NCBI GenBank assembly: GCA_964016885.1
Contig: OZ024740.1
Span: forward strand, 116,808,001 to 116,872,000
Direction of reading: 5' to 3'
DNA from: Eledone cirrhosa
Lineage: Eukaryota
Length of the DNA stretch: 64,000 bases
The translations under genes and the position numbers were made by a program. Below the pieces are notes generated by a model, which made no database searches, was not told where the DNA came from, and saw only the letters and a program-made list of their open reading frames with translations. Numbering within the stretch: the stretch's first letter is position 1; each line of letters opens with the position of its first letter. This document shows positions 1 through 14,299 of this stretch, in pieces.

Positions 1-1025
1 GGACCAACGTGATCTCTGGTCTGTGATTAACGTTTTCCCTTCTACCTAGTAGCGTCAGTCATGCGCTTCTCTGAGGTCTACGCTCTAGGCCGCTGCCTAA
101 TTAGTTTTAATTGTAGCGCCGGCTCTGCCTATAATAAAAAGAAATTCAGTTGCAGTCACCCCGTTTTCAGGACTACATTTTTTAATATGTCCTTCAAATT
201 AAAACAATAATAATACGGCTTGAGTTTAAGAACCTGACTATTATTTCTAGCAGGTTTAGAGACCATTAGAGGCACCCTCCTTTACTCGACTGCCAGATGT
301 TGCATTGGAAAGTACCATTGCTAAGTTGTCTAATATAAAAGAAACCAACTAGTAATACAGTTACAAGAATCTGTCATTCATCTAAGTGGCAGGATTTATT
401 TTGGCAGACCAGGAATCTATAAGAAGGGATTAAGAATTGAACTCCTAATTGTTTTAGGTATTTATCACGACTAAATCCCTATGTTTAGACGTATAAAATG
501 TATGTGGTTATGTATTGTATATTTGGATGTATATATATATGTGTCTGTAGCGGGAGTAAGTGTTATGCGATAAAACTATTTAAGTGAAATAATATATGCG
601 AGAGCATACCACAGCTTAAAGTGTCATGACAACTGATTCTTTGCATTTTAGAGCAAATGTATATATATATGTGTGTGTGTATGTCTATGTGTGTGTGTGT
701 GTGACTGAACGTCGGATAGAATGCTTTGGGGCATTCAATTCGGTTCTCTGCTCTCTGAGTTCAAATCCCACTGAGGTTATCTTTGCCTATTATCCATTCG
801 AAGTCGATAAAAAAAGGACCAGTCTAATACGTTTCTTCCTCTATATCCCTTTCTCCCTCCCATACTCTCACCTGCTATCTTTCTTTGGAAGAAATCTACT
901 GTATTCAGACATGGAGAGGAGATGGACTACGCCAGGTTTTAAAATGCGCCCTTACGATTCTCCCAAGGGATAGGGGAACATGTAATGCATATGTGTGACT
1001 GTTTGCACGGGGCTATGTCTGTGTG

Positions 1026-1092
<67 letters not shown>

Positions 1093-1118
1093 GTATATAT
1101 ATATGTATATATATATGT

Positions 1119-1175
<57 letters not shown>

Positions 1176-1249
1176 CAAATATGTATGTACAATGCACACG
1201 TGTGTGTATGTGTGTGTGCTTGTGTGAATTTGTTGCACCTTCTTCGATT

Positions 1250-1540
1250 ACATCAATAAGTATTCCAGTTTGACTGACGGAACTGCCTACTCTTGAAATT
1301 AACTTGCAGGTGGCTGAGGTTTCTACAGACACGTATCATTTTAAATATATTTCTCCGAGAAAGCATGTGACAAGGCTTACCCTTTGAACTATTGATACAT
1401 CTCATGTTTACCAGCTGAATGGAATGGGAAAACGTGAAATATAGCGACTTGCTCAATGACACAACTTGCCGTCGGGAGGGAATCTAGCACACGACGTATG
1501 ATCGCGAGTCAAACACCTTAACCACTAAGCCCAGTACCTT
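1250..1540 (-). mobile_element. tRNA-derived SINE, decayed
   Basis: Minus strand reads GGCTTAGTGGTTAAGGTGTTTGACTC...GTTGTGTCATTGAGCAAG: an A-box-like head plus a typical SINE body. A related copy lies at 2987-3165. Confidence 0.5.
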
Positions 1541-1577
1541 AATATACACACATACATGCATACACACCCACGCGCGT

Positions 1578-1622
<45 letters not shown>

Positions 1623-1638
1623 CACACACACATACATG

Positions 1639-1710
<72 letters not shown>

Positions 1711-1721
1711 AATATATATAT

Positions 1722-2138
1722 GTCAGGTCGCTCTCGAATGCTACTGGTAAAATGTAACCCAGTATAACCTGTCACATGATCGGGTCGCCGGCGACTAAAC
1801 CGGCAACCCCACCAAGCTTGCTTGGTGAGGAGGGTGATATTTGGACACCCTGCGGGATGAAATATAAGACCCGGCAAAGGGCGGAGGAACTCAGCAGAGC
1901 CAACGGCCATCCAAATAGTACTTCTTTTTTTTTACCTGAGAGTGAAAGGCCCCCAGTTGTTGTCACAACACCTTTCTAAGAGAGGGAAACTCTGAAAAAA
2001 ACCCCACCGGTTTCAGAAGCATCTGATGATGTTGACAAGTTCTCCTTTTTGGGTAGTGTTTTCGATGCTCAGAGAGTGGGATTGGTCGAGTAATCTGACA
2101 AGCGATTGCAATACTCTTAGCAGAGTTTGCAGCCATCA
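1722..2138 (+). mobile_element. Non-coding structured non-autonomous retroelement (family X)
   Basis: Homologous to 21303-21913, 31169-31744 and 40050-40405. Ends in GCAGCCATCAT; flanked by microsatellite. Confidence 0.7.
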
Positions 2139-2247
2139 TATATATGTGTGCACACACACACGCATTATTTATATCGTTATTTTTTATTTTTTACTTTCTT
2201 AAAACACTCCTAACTCCTCGGACTTCCTGTTCTCAACCTATCCGAGC

Positions 2248-2283
2248 TTTCCTGATGAAGCACGTATGTCCGAAACGTTGAAA
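2248..2283 (+). ncRNA. Minimal type I hammerhead ribozyme motif
   Basis: tttc-CTGATGA-agcacgtatgtcc-GAAAC-GTT-gaaa. Stem I tttc/gaaa, palindromic ACGT stem III, weak stem II. Confidence 0.5.
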
Positions 2284-2464
2284 CCTCCTCCACTTCCATT
2301 AAGCGTGAACCAATATAACTGTGTACAAGTGCCTCCTGTGTTTTGTTTGTTCATTTTCAACTATATATATATATATATATATTCTTATACTTGGGGAGGG
2401 TCATATTGTTGTAATATTGCCAGAAATAACAACAGAACACACTGATTCTTTGTAATTATATTTT

Positions 2465-2725
2465 CAATCTAGAAACTTTTCGGACTTTCGCAGTTATCTC
2501 CTTTACATCTCTCGCACGCAGTCTAGTATTGCCTGTGTGAAGTGACCGGGTTTCTGCGCTTGCGCGTTTATACGGTTGTCCTTCCTGTTCCTATAACCAT
2601 GCCCATTCCGAGCTGAGGATCCGCTAAGGTGAAACAATTGTTCTCGGTATGGTGAACTAACTGTTGTGTAACCACTTCTACCTAACTCGTACCACTACGG
2701 ATATTACCTTCCAGTGTTCCAGCAC
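2465..2725 (+). mobile_element. Penelope-like element 3' terminal (pLTR) fragment
   Basis: Clearly homologous to the reverse complement of 48835-49040, which follows a PLE GIY-YIG remnant. Contains an HHR. Confidence 0.75.
2608..2647 (+). ncRNA. Minimal type I hammerhead ribozyme
   Basis: ccgag-CTGAGGA-tccgctaaggt-GAAAC-aatt-GTT-ctcgg. 5-bp stem I and palindromic stem/loop III (ACAATTGT), as in PLE-type HHRs. Confidence 0.8.
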
Positions 2726-2838
<113 letters not shown>

Positions 2839-2986
2839 ATATATATAACTACCGAAGCTGTGTCCATTCTATTCGATAAGCGTCGTCGCTAAATTATATA
2901 TATATATATGTGTGCGTGTGTGTGTGTGTGTATCCGTGTTTGTGTGTGTGTGTATATCTGTGTTTGTTCGTGTGGTGGTGAAATGA

Positions 2987-3165
2987 AGGTCTGTGGTTTA
3001 GTGGTTAGTGTATTGGACTTACGTTCATAATGTTGTGGGTTCGATTCCTGGATCGGATTGAGTGTTGTGCTCTTGAGGAAAACATTTGATTTTACGTTGC
3101 TTCAGTATACGCAGCTAAAAAGGAATACCAGCAATAGCTAGAGATTTAACCCTGCGATGGACACT
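2987..3165 (+). mobile_element. tRNA-derived SINE
   Basis: A box TGGTTTAGTGG and B box GGTTCGATTCC, followed by a non-tRNA body ending CCCTGCGATGGAC. Confidence 0.6.
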
Positions 3166-3266
3166 GAGGTGATAAACACCGGCTTAAAATATACTCCGAG
3201 CCTGAGACAGGCATAAGATTTTGAGATCTGTGTTAGCATATTAACTATCTATTTCTCTCTGTATAT

Positions 3267-3361
3267 AGAGTTCCATGTATTTTATTATGCGCATTTCTAA
3301 AACAAATATCGCATGATGATATTTGTTTTTAAAAAGCGCATAATAAAATACATGGAACTCT
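3267..3361. repeat. Fold-back inverted repeat (~45-bp arms) at the start of a short TA-flanked element
   Basis: agagttccatgtattttattatgcgc... is mirrored by ...gcgcataataaaatacatggaactct. ACTCC..GAGTGC motif downstream at 3395-3421. Confidence 0.8.
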
Positions 3362-3473
3362 TTTAACCATCTTTTGATCTTATATATTATATATACTCCA
3401 GTCCTACAAACTGTAGAGTGCTACTTATCCGATATCTGCATTGCTTTATTGTACTACAATAAAACTCACCTCC

Positions 3474-3515
<42 letters not shown>

Positions 3516-3615
3516 ATGCAATGAAATATCTATGACCGTTGGTAAATCACTGATGAGGGACTCATTTTATAACATGTTATCCATGTGCAACCATGCAGTA
3601 TTCTTCTCCCCATTT

Positions 3616-3668
<53 letters not shown>

Positions 3669-3755
3669 CATATATATATAAACATGAGCTTCCTTATACA
3701 AATACACATATAACTATAAGCATATGAGCGTGAGCAAATATACACACACACACAC

Positions 3756-3795
<40 letters not shown>

Positions 3796-3847
3796 ATGAG
3801 TATGATATATACTCTATATCCTACAGACACCCCCCCCACACACGCAC

Positions 3848-3945
<98 letters not shown>

Positions 3946-4226
3946 CTACGTATGTATACCAGTGTATAAAATAAATATTTGTATTGTGACTGCCTGGCTT
4001 CAAGGAACAAAACACTTACTTCCAGGAATAACTCTACATCTATACCAACAGAACAGACACTGTTTTGTTGACAGCTCATAATGACAGAATATTCAAAATC
4101 CTTCCGGGTCCCATGTAATATGTTTGGCAGCATGGTAGCATGTGTGATTCGTTTGGCAGTGTTTATGTCTAGAGTGTTATTATTGACTTAGGTCGATCTA
4201 TCTCATTATGCATGTATGTATGAGTG

Positions 4227-4317
<91 letters not shown>

Positions 4318-4509
4318 ATGCAAACACACACACATATACATACATACCTACACATTGACACCCCCTCACATATATATGTTCTATGTGAATTATCATTAAG
4401 CTCCTCCCAGGAATAGTTTCAAGGAGGAATAATCATCTGTATAATTGTCTACACGAAAGAGAAAGAGCGTGATACATACACACACACACATATATTGAGA
4501 GAAAGAGCG

Positions 4510-4616
<107 letters not shown>

Positions 4617-4832
4617 GAGAGAGAGAGTGGAGGAAAAAGAGAAAGAGAGAGAGAGAGAAAGCGACCTCCGTGATTGCGACATTAAAGTCGTTAGTGTCTG
4701 AAAGAATAATATCATTATTATATATATATATATATTCATACACACGCACGCACAAGCGTACACACACACATACACATACACACACATGTGAAAAACACAT
4801 ACCTAAGACTAATTATGTTGTTCCCTGTGGAG

Positions 4833-4892
<60 letters not shown>

Positions 4893-4895
<3 letters not shown>

Positions 4896-5657
4896 GGACA
4901 ACTTCCAAAAGTCCCTGGCCTGGCAGTGCTACGGAGGAGCTCTACCAGTTCGAGACAAGCTCAACAGATATGGGCGCCCGGGCAGGGACCCTGCAAAAAA
5001 GATCTGTCCGAGGTGCGTGCGAGTCGAAGAAACCGTCGCGCACGCATTCATACACTGCCCGAGCGTCACCGACCTGTGTGGCTATGTAGAACGACTATTG
5101 TCGCGGGTGGGACCAATCCGGTTGACCACCGAGCCCATTGTCATGATCAAACCGCCACCCTCCTTCAAAAATGAAGGAGAGGCGATTTTCCTTTGTGTGA
5201 TAGCCATGACGAAGGAGGTTGTATGGTGGACAAGGTTGAAAGGGCTGAGATCAGACACCTCTCTCCGGCCAACAACTGATTCTTTTTTTCAAATACCACT
5301 TTGGAAGAAGAATCAGGATGGAGAGAGAGGTGCTGTACCCCAGCAAGTTTTATGAAAGGTGGGTGAAAGTGGCGAGAATGGCCCGAGTGAATGGGCCTTC
5401 TCTCTATATCAGCCTGTAGGTTGAGGAAAAGGAGGAGGAGAGGAAAGGAGTACAAGCTCTTCGTACTCTTGGAGATGAGGGTTGCACATTTTTTCGGAGG
5501 TATGTGTTACCCATATGATCTGTCTCCCCCTATTGGGGAAAATCGACTAATTTTTAAATTGCATTTGTTATAATATTTTACACGTTTTTATTGTATGTAA
5601 ACTTCCTCCTTTGTATTTGTCCCATTCTTTTGTGCCCCTCTGGCTAATAAAGAAACA
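4893..5657 (+). mobile_element. 5'-truncated L1/Tx1-clade LINE 3' end in a (TATC)n array
   Basis: ORF 4894-5355 has zf-RVT-type WQCYGGALPVRDKL..CPRC..ETVAHAFIHC. AATAAA at ~5645; (TATC)n on both sides. Confidence 0.8.
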
Positions 5658-5658
5658 G

Positions 5659-5737
<79 letters not shown>

Positions 5738-5967
5738 CATCTGTCTGTCTGTCTCTCTCTCTTTCATTTCAATGGCTTACATTTTAAACACGATATCTTA
5801 CTTCCCTCTTCTTGCTTTTTTTTTCTGATGATCCTCCGAGTGTGCAGGTGACACTCCAGAGTAATAAGTGTCTCACCACTTAACCCTTAAATGAATATTT
5901 GAACAACTCTACTTCTGTATTGAGTACCTTCTCTCACGCCCGTCATTAATACACCTATATATATATA

Positions 5968-6151
5968 TAGGGTGTCCCTAAAAATGTATACAGTAACAAA
6001 TCTTTAAAAGATTCTGTTTTATATGCATTATTTAAATTATGTAAACATTTTTGGGTGCTTACACATAATTGGATTATGTGTGTAGATATTTTATTTTTGG
6101 GAAAGGTTGTACAGGTAATCAAAGTGTGTATACATTTTTGAGGACACCCTC
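5968..6151. mobile_element. Tc1/mariner-type MITE
   Basis: TIRs AGGGTGTCCCTAAAAATGTATACA / TGTATACATTTTTGAGGACACCCT in a TA context; related to 63776-63848. Confidence 0.75.
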
Positions 6152-6353
6152 TCTATATATATATATCGTGCACATAAGTCACACGAGGATGACAACGCAA
6201 AGACGCCGACATATTCAATGGGACAATATTATTTGAAAGTTCATAAAAGGAATTTGTTTTTGCTGTGAAGGGTTGTTAATTAAATTTAATCATTTCAAAA
6301 TATAACATATATTTTCATACAAACACACACATAAAACTCACACACATACACCC

Positions 6354-6418
<65 letters not shown>

Positions 6419-6712
6419 TACACCAATTAATGGTAGGGTCCAAGCCGTAAGAAGAACTCAATGTAATCCGTATGTAGAAGATGTGAAGCAAAGTTTAAAA
6501 TACAAAATTTCAACGATATAATTCATTGGAAGCAGATTACTTCTGAAGACGGCGGGTAGAGAAGATATATGTATATTTTCTTACTTTGATAATTTGTAAT
6601 ATATTTTACATAGATCACTAATAGAATGAACATACGGAGAACTACCTCCCAACGATCGTAAAATAATGAGTTTTATTATGAATTACCCGTATTTTGTTTA
6701 ATTTCATTGTTT

Positions 6713-6763
<51 letters not shown>

Positions 6764-6768
<5 letters not shown>

Positions 6769-6951
6769 AACCAGTAAGACCCCGACAGCTGAGCTCAAGC
6801 CGTTTCGACGGCTAATTCCAGAATTAGCCGTCGAAACGGCTTGAGCTCAGCTGTCGGGGTCTTACTTGTTCCTATTACCCACTCTACTACCTCAAGTATT
6901 GAGTACTTTGGTGCGTTATGGTCCACCTGGTTCCTTACCACATTTCTTTCG

Positions 6952-6953
<2 letters not shown>
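6764..6953 (+). mobile_element. ~190-bp TA-flanked fold-back element containing the 3' half of an HHR
   Basis: Hairpin 6764-6875 (55-bp arms, 1 mismatch) containing GAAAC-ggc-ttgagctca-gct-GTC-gggg. A homolog in the opposite orientation lies at 20888-21095. Confidence 0.8.
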
Positions 6954-6989
<36 letters not shown>

Positions 6990-7086
6990 TTCGTATTTCT
7001 AAAGAAATACGGTATATTACGAAATTTCTACACATATCTGTACACAGCTATGCTTGAAGCTAAATCCTATTTATATATATATATAT

Positions 7087-7160
<74 letters not shown>

Positions 7161-7497
7161 TGACTATTTTATACTCTGTATTTCTACGTAGTATAATGTA
7201 TATTCAACATCAATAATAATTGTTTAATCATTGTAGCCTCATAGCTTGAATGTCCGTCCAACTTTACTCTGTATACTTGACTGATCCCTTGAACCCATGA
7301 CTTGGTTATAGTTGAGCAGAGGATGACAATATTATGAATGGAACTCACAACCCCTTCTTCAGTTGACGATCACGTAGCTCCCTTACTTTAGGTTTTATCT
7401 GAAAAAGGAATGAATAGTTTCGGCAAGACGAATTGTTTGCATACACAATAGCACAAAAACAAGCCCAAACACATGCACATACATACACACGCGTATA

Positions 7498-7529
<32 letters not shown>

Positions 7530-7537
7530 CATGCACA

Positions 7538-7647
<110 letters not shown>

Positions 7648-8327
7648 CTGAAATCACACTCACATACATATATATACACATTTCAGCTCTAAGAAATTTT
7701 ATCTATTCGTCACAAACTCAAAATCATGGATATATGTTCTTCTTGTAGTCGTTTCTTTTATTATTTCTTTTGAAAAATTTCTAGAAGTTAGTTTCTGAAA
7801 GAATGCTTTAAAAGCCAAGAAGAAAAAATAGATATTAGTATATTCAGTTTCTATAATGTTTCATTTTTTCCATGTTTAGCAAGTCATTAGTTTCTCTGCT
7901 AAAGTACAATGTTTTTCATTTTTGTTGTTGATGATGTAACGTCAGATAGCGTTATATATTTCGACACGAACGAATCACATAAAAAGTAGTTTGTAGATGT
8001 CCTCAACTCTGAAGTTTAAGTATTTTCTTCTGAAAAAATATCCCTGTTTTATGAATATTCAGTTCTAAAAAGAAGAGACATGATCAAATTGTTGTAAAGA
8101 ACCACGGTTATTGTGAAAGTGTTAAACATAAAAAAAAACAAAATAAAATATTCTAGGGCAAATGAGGGAAATACAACGAAATAAGTTCCTTTTGTTTCAT
8201 TGACATTAAATGGTGTTGCATCATCATTTTTTGTTTGTCGTTGGAACAATCGTATATTGTGTCTTTTTCGCTTATTTTACAGTACTGTTTAGTTATTGTA
8301 AATCCCCACGAAAATGGTTTTAATTAT

Positions 8328-8517
8328 TGTTTCTACTTTTGGCACAAGGCCAGCAATTACCCCAGTGCATTAGTGGTACTTTATATTATCGACCCCCGTA
8401 AAGATGAAAGGCAAAGTTAACCTTGGCAGAATTTGAACCCAGAACCTAAAGGGACGTAACTCTATGCTGCAAAGAATGGCGTCTGACCCTCTACCGATAC
8501 TGCCAACCCACCAATAA
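8328..8517 (-). mobile_element. Abundant tRNA-derived SINE (family S)
   Basis: Reverse complement of the 23968-24160 copy: B-box-like GGTTCAAATTC and CTTTCATC..ACGGGGGTCGATAA core. Confidence 0.85.
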
Positions 8518-8603
8518 TGTTTAGGAGATACTATTATTTTTGTTCCAATTTGAGAAGGGATTGATAGAGAAATAGATGTAGAGAAGAGAGAGAGAGAGAG
8601 AGG

Positions 8604-8678
<75 letters not shown>

Positions 8679-9303
8679 GGGAGAGCGAATTAGGTGAGAA
8701 AGTGGGGATGAAAATAAGTCCATAGTAATCAATATTTTGCGTGTAGTTAATGGCACTTGGTTTGTATCTTAAGGAGCTCTGGACCTCTGAGAATCCTGCT
8801 GACAAGTCTATAAAAATGTACAACAATGAATGAAGAACGTCTTTAATCAATATGGAATCTGTTTTTATGGTTTTTTTCTGAAAAAGTCTGCACCAGAGCT
8901 TTTGTTTAGTTATCTGTTTGTTGAATGAGGTGCAGATGCTTCCATACTGAATTTCGTTGTGTAGTAAGAGATCGGTCTAATAAGTCTACCAGACAAACAA
9001 TCTGTAAAACAAACAGTCAGTCAATGTCCTTGTTTGTTAATCAGTCAATGAATCTTTAAGAGAAATAATCATTTGCATCATCTTCTCGACATGCTGAAGT
9101 CAAAATGAAAATACAGATTTTCTGTTCATTGTTTTGTTTTTAACAGTTCAACAATTTTAAATGTGTAAAATGTTTTACATTTCGTTTTTATTCAGAAACA
9201 GACTGAAATCGTGTTTCAACTCATTCATTTCACTGATTCTAGTTGAAGCCCACATGATATTGGTGTCACTTTGGAGCATATATTTCACTCAACATATAAG
9301 TCC

Positions 9304-9353
<50 letters not shown>

Positions 9354-9518
9354 AGCTTTTTAAATTAACCTAGTTCAATTTTATAGTATGAAACTAAGGC
9401 CTTCCAACTGCTCCGTACGTAAAGGACACACACCTGCAAGTTTGTGTCTGTATGACTGTGTGATCTTGTTCTTATATGTGTATGTATGTGCAGGATCTAT
9501 ATGGGAACCTACAAACGG

Positions 9519-9752
9519 TCATGATTGCTTGACAAGTTTTTCCTTCACCTCGTCGTGATAATCAAAATCTGCCTGTTTTATCACAGAATTCCCTTCTTTT
9601 AGTGAATCACCATAAGCTCTTATCGGACTTCCCGTAGAGGTGACACTAGAGGTCATCAGAGGTTTCAGCTGGCCAGTCACTTTGTCTTTTACTAACTGTG
9701 CTCCTTTTACTCGTTTCCATTTCATTCGGCGATTCTGGAACCAGACTTTAAC
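9519..9752 (-). CDS. Mox: Terminal coding exon of a Mox/Meox-class homeobox gene (homeodomain helix 3 plus C-terminus)
   Basis: Polypyrimidine tract and CAG acceptor (9753-9755), then VKVWFQNRRMKWKRVKGAQ...KQS*. KVWFQNRRMKWKRVKG is the Meox/Mox helix-3 signature; phase-0 intron before VKVWF. Confidence 0.88.
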   Translation of the reverse strand, partial: VKVWFQNRRMKWKRVKGAQLVKDKVTGQLKPLMTSSVTSTGSPIRAYGDSLKEGNSVIKQADFDYHDEVKEKLVKQS

Positions 9753-10507
9753 CTGCAAGAAAAAAGAGAAAAAAAATACAGACGAAAAATTAACAAAATT
9801 ATACCAATGTGTAAAAAATTTAATCGTCAGAGTTACCAATATTGCAATCATGTCAGCTTAACTAACATCCAACACTTAACATTAAACATCGCCTTTGTTT
9901 CCATTGCGTTAATGTGCCTAGTCTCTTCAACCACAATCGACATTACACGTAATACCTTTTAATGACACCCTTCAACGACACCATCACTGTCTATTTAAAT
10001 ATTGAACAAGTTTCACTTATCCTAGGCTCGGGTCGACCCAAGCCTTGTGAATGAAAATGGGTTGACAGAAACTAGTTTGAAAGTCCATCGGATGAAGTGT
10101 ACCTATATTTAAAAGAGTAGCCTTGTCACACACTGTGTCACAATAAATCTACCTGAGAATTACTTTATGGATAAACGAACCTGTGGAATGCTCAGTCACT
10201 TGTATGTTCATTTTAACGAGATAGATGTTCCGTTGATTGAACAACTGGAACAGTCATAGTCGGAACTGACGGATGTCCATTCCAATTCATTTATTGAATA
10301 TAGGTGAAGGGAATTTGACGTTGATATTAATTTCCTACATAAACAGTAGACTTCAAATTTAGAACATTAAAACTTTAAAGAAGATTCCCAGTCCGGCCTT
10401 CTGTTGTTTTCAAATGAATATTTAACTCCGTCCCTGTACCATTATGGTTTATTAACAAGTTCTACTCATTGGTAACAAGTTCTACTCATTTATTAACAAG
10501 TTCCACT

Positions 10508-10554
<47 letters not shown>

Positions 10555-10662
10555 TGGTATCGTCCCAGCAAGGCCTCAGCCTGTCGGCTGGAACACGTAA
10601 TATACACATACACACATGTATATATACATAGAGAGAGGGAGAGAGACCGAGAGAGAGAGACC

Positions 10663-10694
<32 letters not shown>

Positions 10695-11925
10695 AGGGAG
10701 AGAGATAAGGGAGAAAATATATAGAGGAAGGGTCGCTACTAGGATTGAACAGGTACTTTATTTATCGACCTCGAAAGGATGAAAGGTAAAGTTGATCTCG
10801 GTGGGGTTTGAACACAAAGCTCAGATTTTATCCGAGACACTTTTATGAAATGTATTTTTATTCATTATTTATGTTATCCCATTAGCTGTTGCTTCCCAAC
10901 CGAAACTCTGGAACCGTTGCCAGAAATCCTATCATAGACATCCTAAGTCTTGTCTATATTATTATTGTTGTTAGCTTCAGCTTTGAATTTTGAATTCTCA
11001 ACACGTCTTAGTTAGTTGTTGACAGAATTACATGTGCAAATCATTGCAACATGTGGATGTATTTGGAAAAGTGAAAACGTCTATTTAATTAAGTATCATT
11101 CTCTAAGTTTCGTTTTTTAGTCATTCGTCAAACACAAATAAATAACTAAAAAAAATTTTTTTAAAGGAGACAACAACAATCACAACTATAACCACAGCAG
11201 GTCTTTTAACTAACAAAAGCGCAATGTTTCCGTAAATAGCAGTTAACAGAGTAGAGGTCTCTGATACAATCATCTCATGGGATGGATCAGTTTTCTTTTC
11301 TGTAAATACGTTGTTGAGTTATCAATTTGAAATGGGTTGTTTTATTGCTGTTTTTATTGTTGTGGCTATTGTGTAGCCCCAGGTCATCCCTGATCAAGCA
11401 GTCCTATGGCACGCAGTTACTCGGACGACCGAGGGTACGACCACTAGACCTATGTTTTGCAGTCATACTACGACTTTTTAAAGCTGATAATCATAGGAAG
11501 ATATATGGAAATCAAATAAGAACCCTGGTTCAGAATATAAATTTTCACACAATAGTATTTCTCATGTTCTTGTCCAGCAGTGAAAAAATATTGTGAAGAA
11601 CATAAACTAAGATTCTGTAAGTACTAGATAACGCTCCAGATCACGCCTCAAATATCAATATCCATCAGATCTATACTAGACATCACTTCCTTACCTCAGT
11701 CCATGGAGTAGAGACTAATTCCTTATCCCAAAGCCTACTACCTTCGGTGCTCTTTAAAGTAACTTGTTGCAAGATAAGGAAACTATCAGGGACATTTGAT
11801 AAAACTACTATATCATGAAGTCCATAGATAATATAAAAGGGGCCTTGGATAGTAATAGACAACTGCATGAGAAGAGTTTAGAAGAAGCTATGGTCAGAAG
11901 TAGCTGATAATTACTTGGAGTTTGA

Positions 11926-12022
11926 CGAAGAAGAAGAAGAAGAAGAAGAAGAAGAAGAAGAAGAAGAAGAAGAAGAAGAAGAAGAAGAAGAAGAAGAAGA
12001 AGAAGAAGAAGAAGAAGAAGAA
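11926..12022 (+). repeat. (GAA)n microsatellite
   Basis: About 31 perfect GAA units. Confidence 0.95.
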
Positions 12023-12359
12023 TTTAATTTAATTTGCGATGGTCTTTTTTCTAAGCCAACAAAATGGGTACAATGTTTAAAACGCCCCATAAAAGATTGG
12101 AACTAATACAAAGACGTCCTTATAGACTGTAGCTATAAACAAGAAAACAAATGCAGTTCCTTAGTAGAAGAAATTTATTTAACCATGATTACACAAAGAG
12201 AGAGAGAGAGAAAAAAAAGACACACAGACACACACACATACACACACACACACATATATATATATATTGACTATGTGTTGGTTGTTTACCGACACCTCAG
12301 TATGCAGATTGGAGCACTCGACGAAGTACGAAGGTTGGTTTGTTTACTCCGGAGTAATG

Positions 12360-12734
12360 TAAAATAATTAAGTCAAACATGTTAAATTTGGCTTCGTTTA
12401 TTATAAATTCTCTGCTATATATATTTCAGTGACAGCTATTATTGGCTGTACGAATTAATGTAGAAAAAGCCGGTAAACATGTTGTTGAAATGTGTTCCAC
12501 TCTGTCAATTCATCGATATATCCAGCTCCTGGGTCTGTTGTTAGTTCTCCGAGGAACTGGAAACATATCCAGGAGCTGGACATATCGATGAATTGACAGA
12601 ATGGAACACATTTCAACAACATGTTTACCGGCTTTTTCTACATTAATTCGTACAGCCAATAACAGCTGTCACTGAAATATATAAAGCAGAGAATTTATAA
12701 TAAACGAAGCCAAATTTAACATGTTTGACTTACT

Positions 12735-12741
<7 letters not shown>
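12360..12741. repeat. Long fold-back inverted repeat (~173-bp arms) with a decayed HHR in the spacer
   Basis: Arms 12360-12532 and 12569-12741 with a few mismatches. Spacer reads CTGTTGT-tagttc..gaactg-GAAAC; right arm runs into (TA)n. Confidence 0.85.
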
Positions 12742-12791
<50 letters not shown>

Positions 12792-12799
<8 letters not shown>

Positions 12800-12989
12800 G
12801 AAAAATCAGTGATGCATCTGAACTCAATTTATTGTGTGTTACAATTGTTTCGCCGGCGGACAGCTCGAGACACGATCGTTGTGTGGATCTGCAGGTTCAA
12901 ATTATTTCGGAGCAAATTCTCTCACAATTGTAACACACAATAAATTGAGTAAATTGAGTTCAGATGCATCACTGATTTTTCGTTTTATA
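12792..12989. repeat. Fold-back inverted repeat with a decayed HHR (minus strand, 12836-12873)
   Basis: Arms end and start at ACAATTG. Minus strand: gtgt-CTCGA(degenerate core)-gctg..cggc-GAAAC-aatt-GTA-acac. Confidence 0.75.
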
Positions 12990-13071
12990 TTATATCACAC
13001 TCTGCTCTGTAAGAACATAGAGTGCTCAACCGGCATACCGCCTATGGAAGCATAGCTACCATCAGACACAC

Positions 13072-13147
<76 letters not shown>

Positions 13148-13230
13148 ATAATAATAAATTTGAAGACTAAAATCCAAAGAGGGCTCGATAAGGATAAATA
13201 TATATCAAATATATAAGAACCGTAGAGCAA

Positions 13231-13371
13231 ATATTTATTGAAATAACAGATTAAAGTTTAAGCAAAGAATCGCTGCTTTCACCCTTAACGGGATCTTCTA
13301 AAACTCTTTCAGAAGATCCTGTTAAGGGTGAAAGCAGCGATTCTTTGCTTAAACTTTAATCTGTTATTTTA

Positions 13372-13379
<8 letters not shown>
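13231..13379. repeat. Fold-back inverted repeat (~72-bp arms) with HHR-like cores in both arms
   Basis: Arms read (C/T)AGAAGA-tcc(c/t)gttaagggt-GAAAGCA-gcgattctt-TGCTT-aaact; the right arm ends in (TA)n. Confidence 0.85.
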
Positions 13380-13404
<25 letters not shown>

Positions 13405-13559
13405 CTAGCACGAAGTCGCTCTTTTACAGATAGCGCAAGCGTCTTCTTACATAGGTGTATGCATATTGTAAAGAGACAGGCATATAAATAGTATATATAT
13501 ATATATATATACTATTTCTATGCCTGTCTCTTTATATATATATACAGAGAGAGAGAGAG

Positions 13560-13636
<77 letters not shown>

Positions 13637-14104
13637 GGTAGAGATATACACACAGATAAGTATAAAGAGATATAGATAGCCACAGAGAGATGGATAAGAC
13701 TAAAAGAATAGATATACAGACGCTTAAAAAATAGAACGTGTTTTCATACGCTTCATAATAATGTCTATTTTGTTGAAAGACATTACCGAAAGTGTAGATA
13801 ACGATTATATTGATGAAGAAAATCTATCGTGTCACTCACGGAAACTACCAAAAGCTGTGTGATCTTAAAAGGAATGATTACCTAACAATTTGTATATATA
13901 AACACATTTTCTATATGTACTTCTGGTTTAATTTTTTAATATTAATTTATTGCCGAGAGAGTGAGTGAGTGAGTGAGTGAAAAAGAGAGAGAGAGAGAGT
14001 GAGAATAGAGAGCGAGAGAGAGAAAGAGAGAGAGAAATTTTAACACGGACATAATTCATTTGAATTTGTAAAGATCAACTAGGTAATTATGTATGTGTGT
14101 ATGT

Positions 14105-14176
<72 letters not shown>

Positions 14177-14230
14177 GTAAGGATCTGTATATTTTGAGTT
14201 ATATGATGTATGTTTGCTTGTTTGCTTCAT

Positions 14231-14299
<69 letters not shown>

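Noticed and set aside
9753-9851. N-terminal part of the 110-aa ORF
   Set aside because: Intron sequence (polypyrimidine tract) read through upstream of the splice acceptor.
11440-11900. Possible very old RTE 3' fragment before (GAA)n; similar decayed LINE traces at 28000-28380 and 29600-30290
   Set aside because: Too degenerate to support by eye without an alignment.
11915-12106. Poly-Glu ORF (likewise poly-Thr/Val/His at 59106-59514)
   Set aside because: Trinucleotide microsatellites with no splice or coding context.
13404-13442. Possible Helitron 3' end on the minus strand (TACTAG)
   Set aside because: The hairpin is weak and no matching 5' end was identified.
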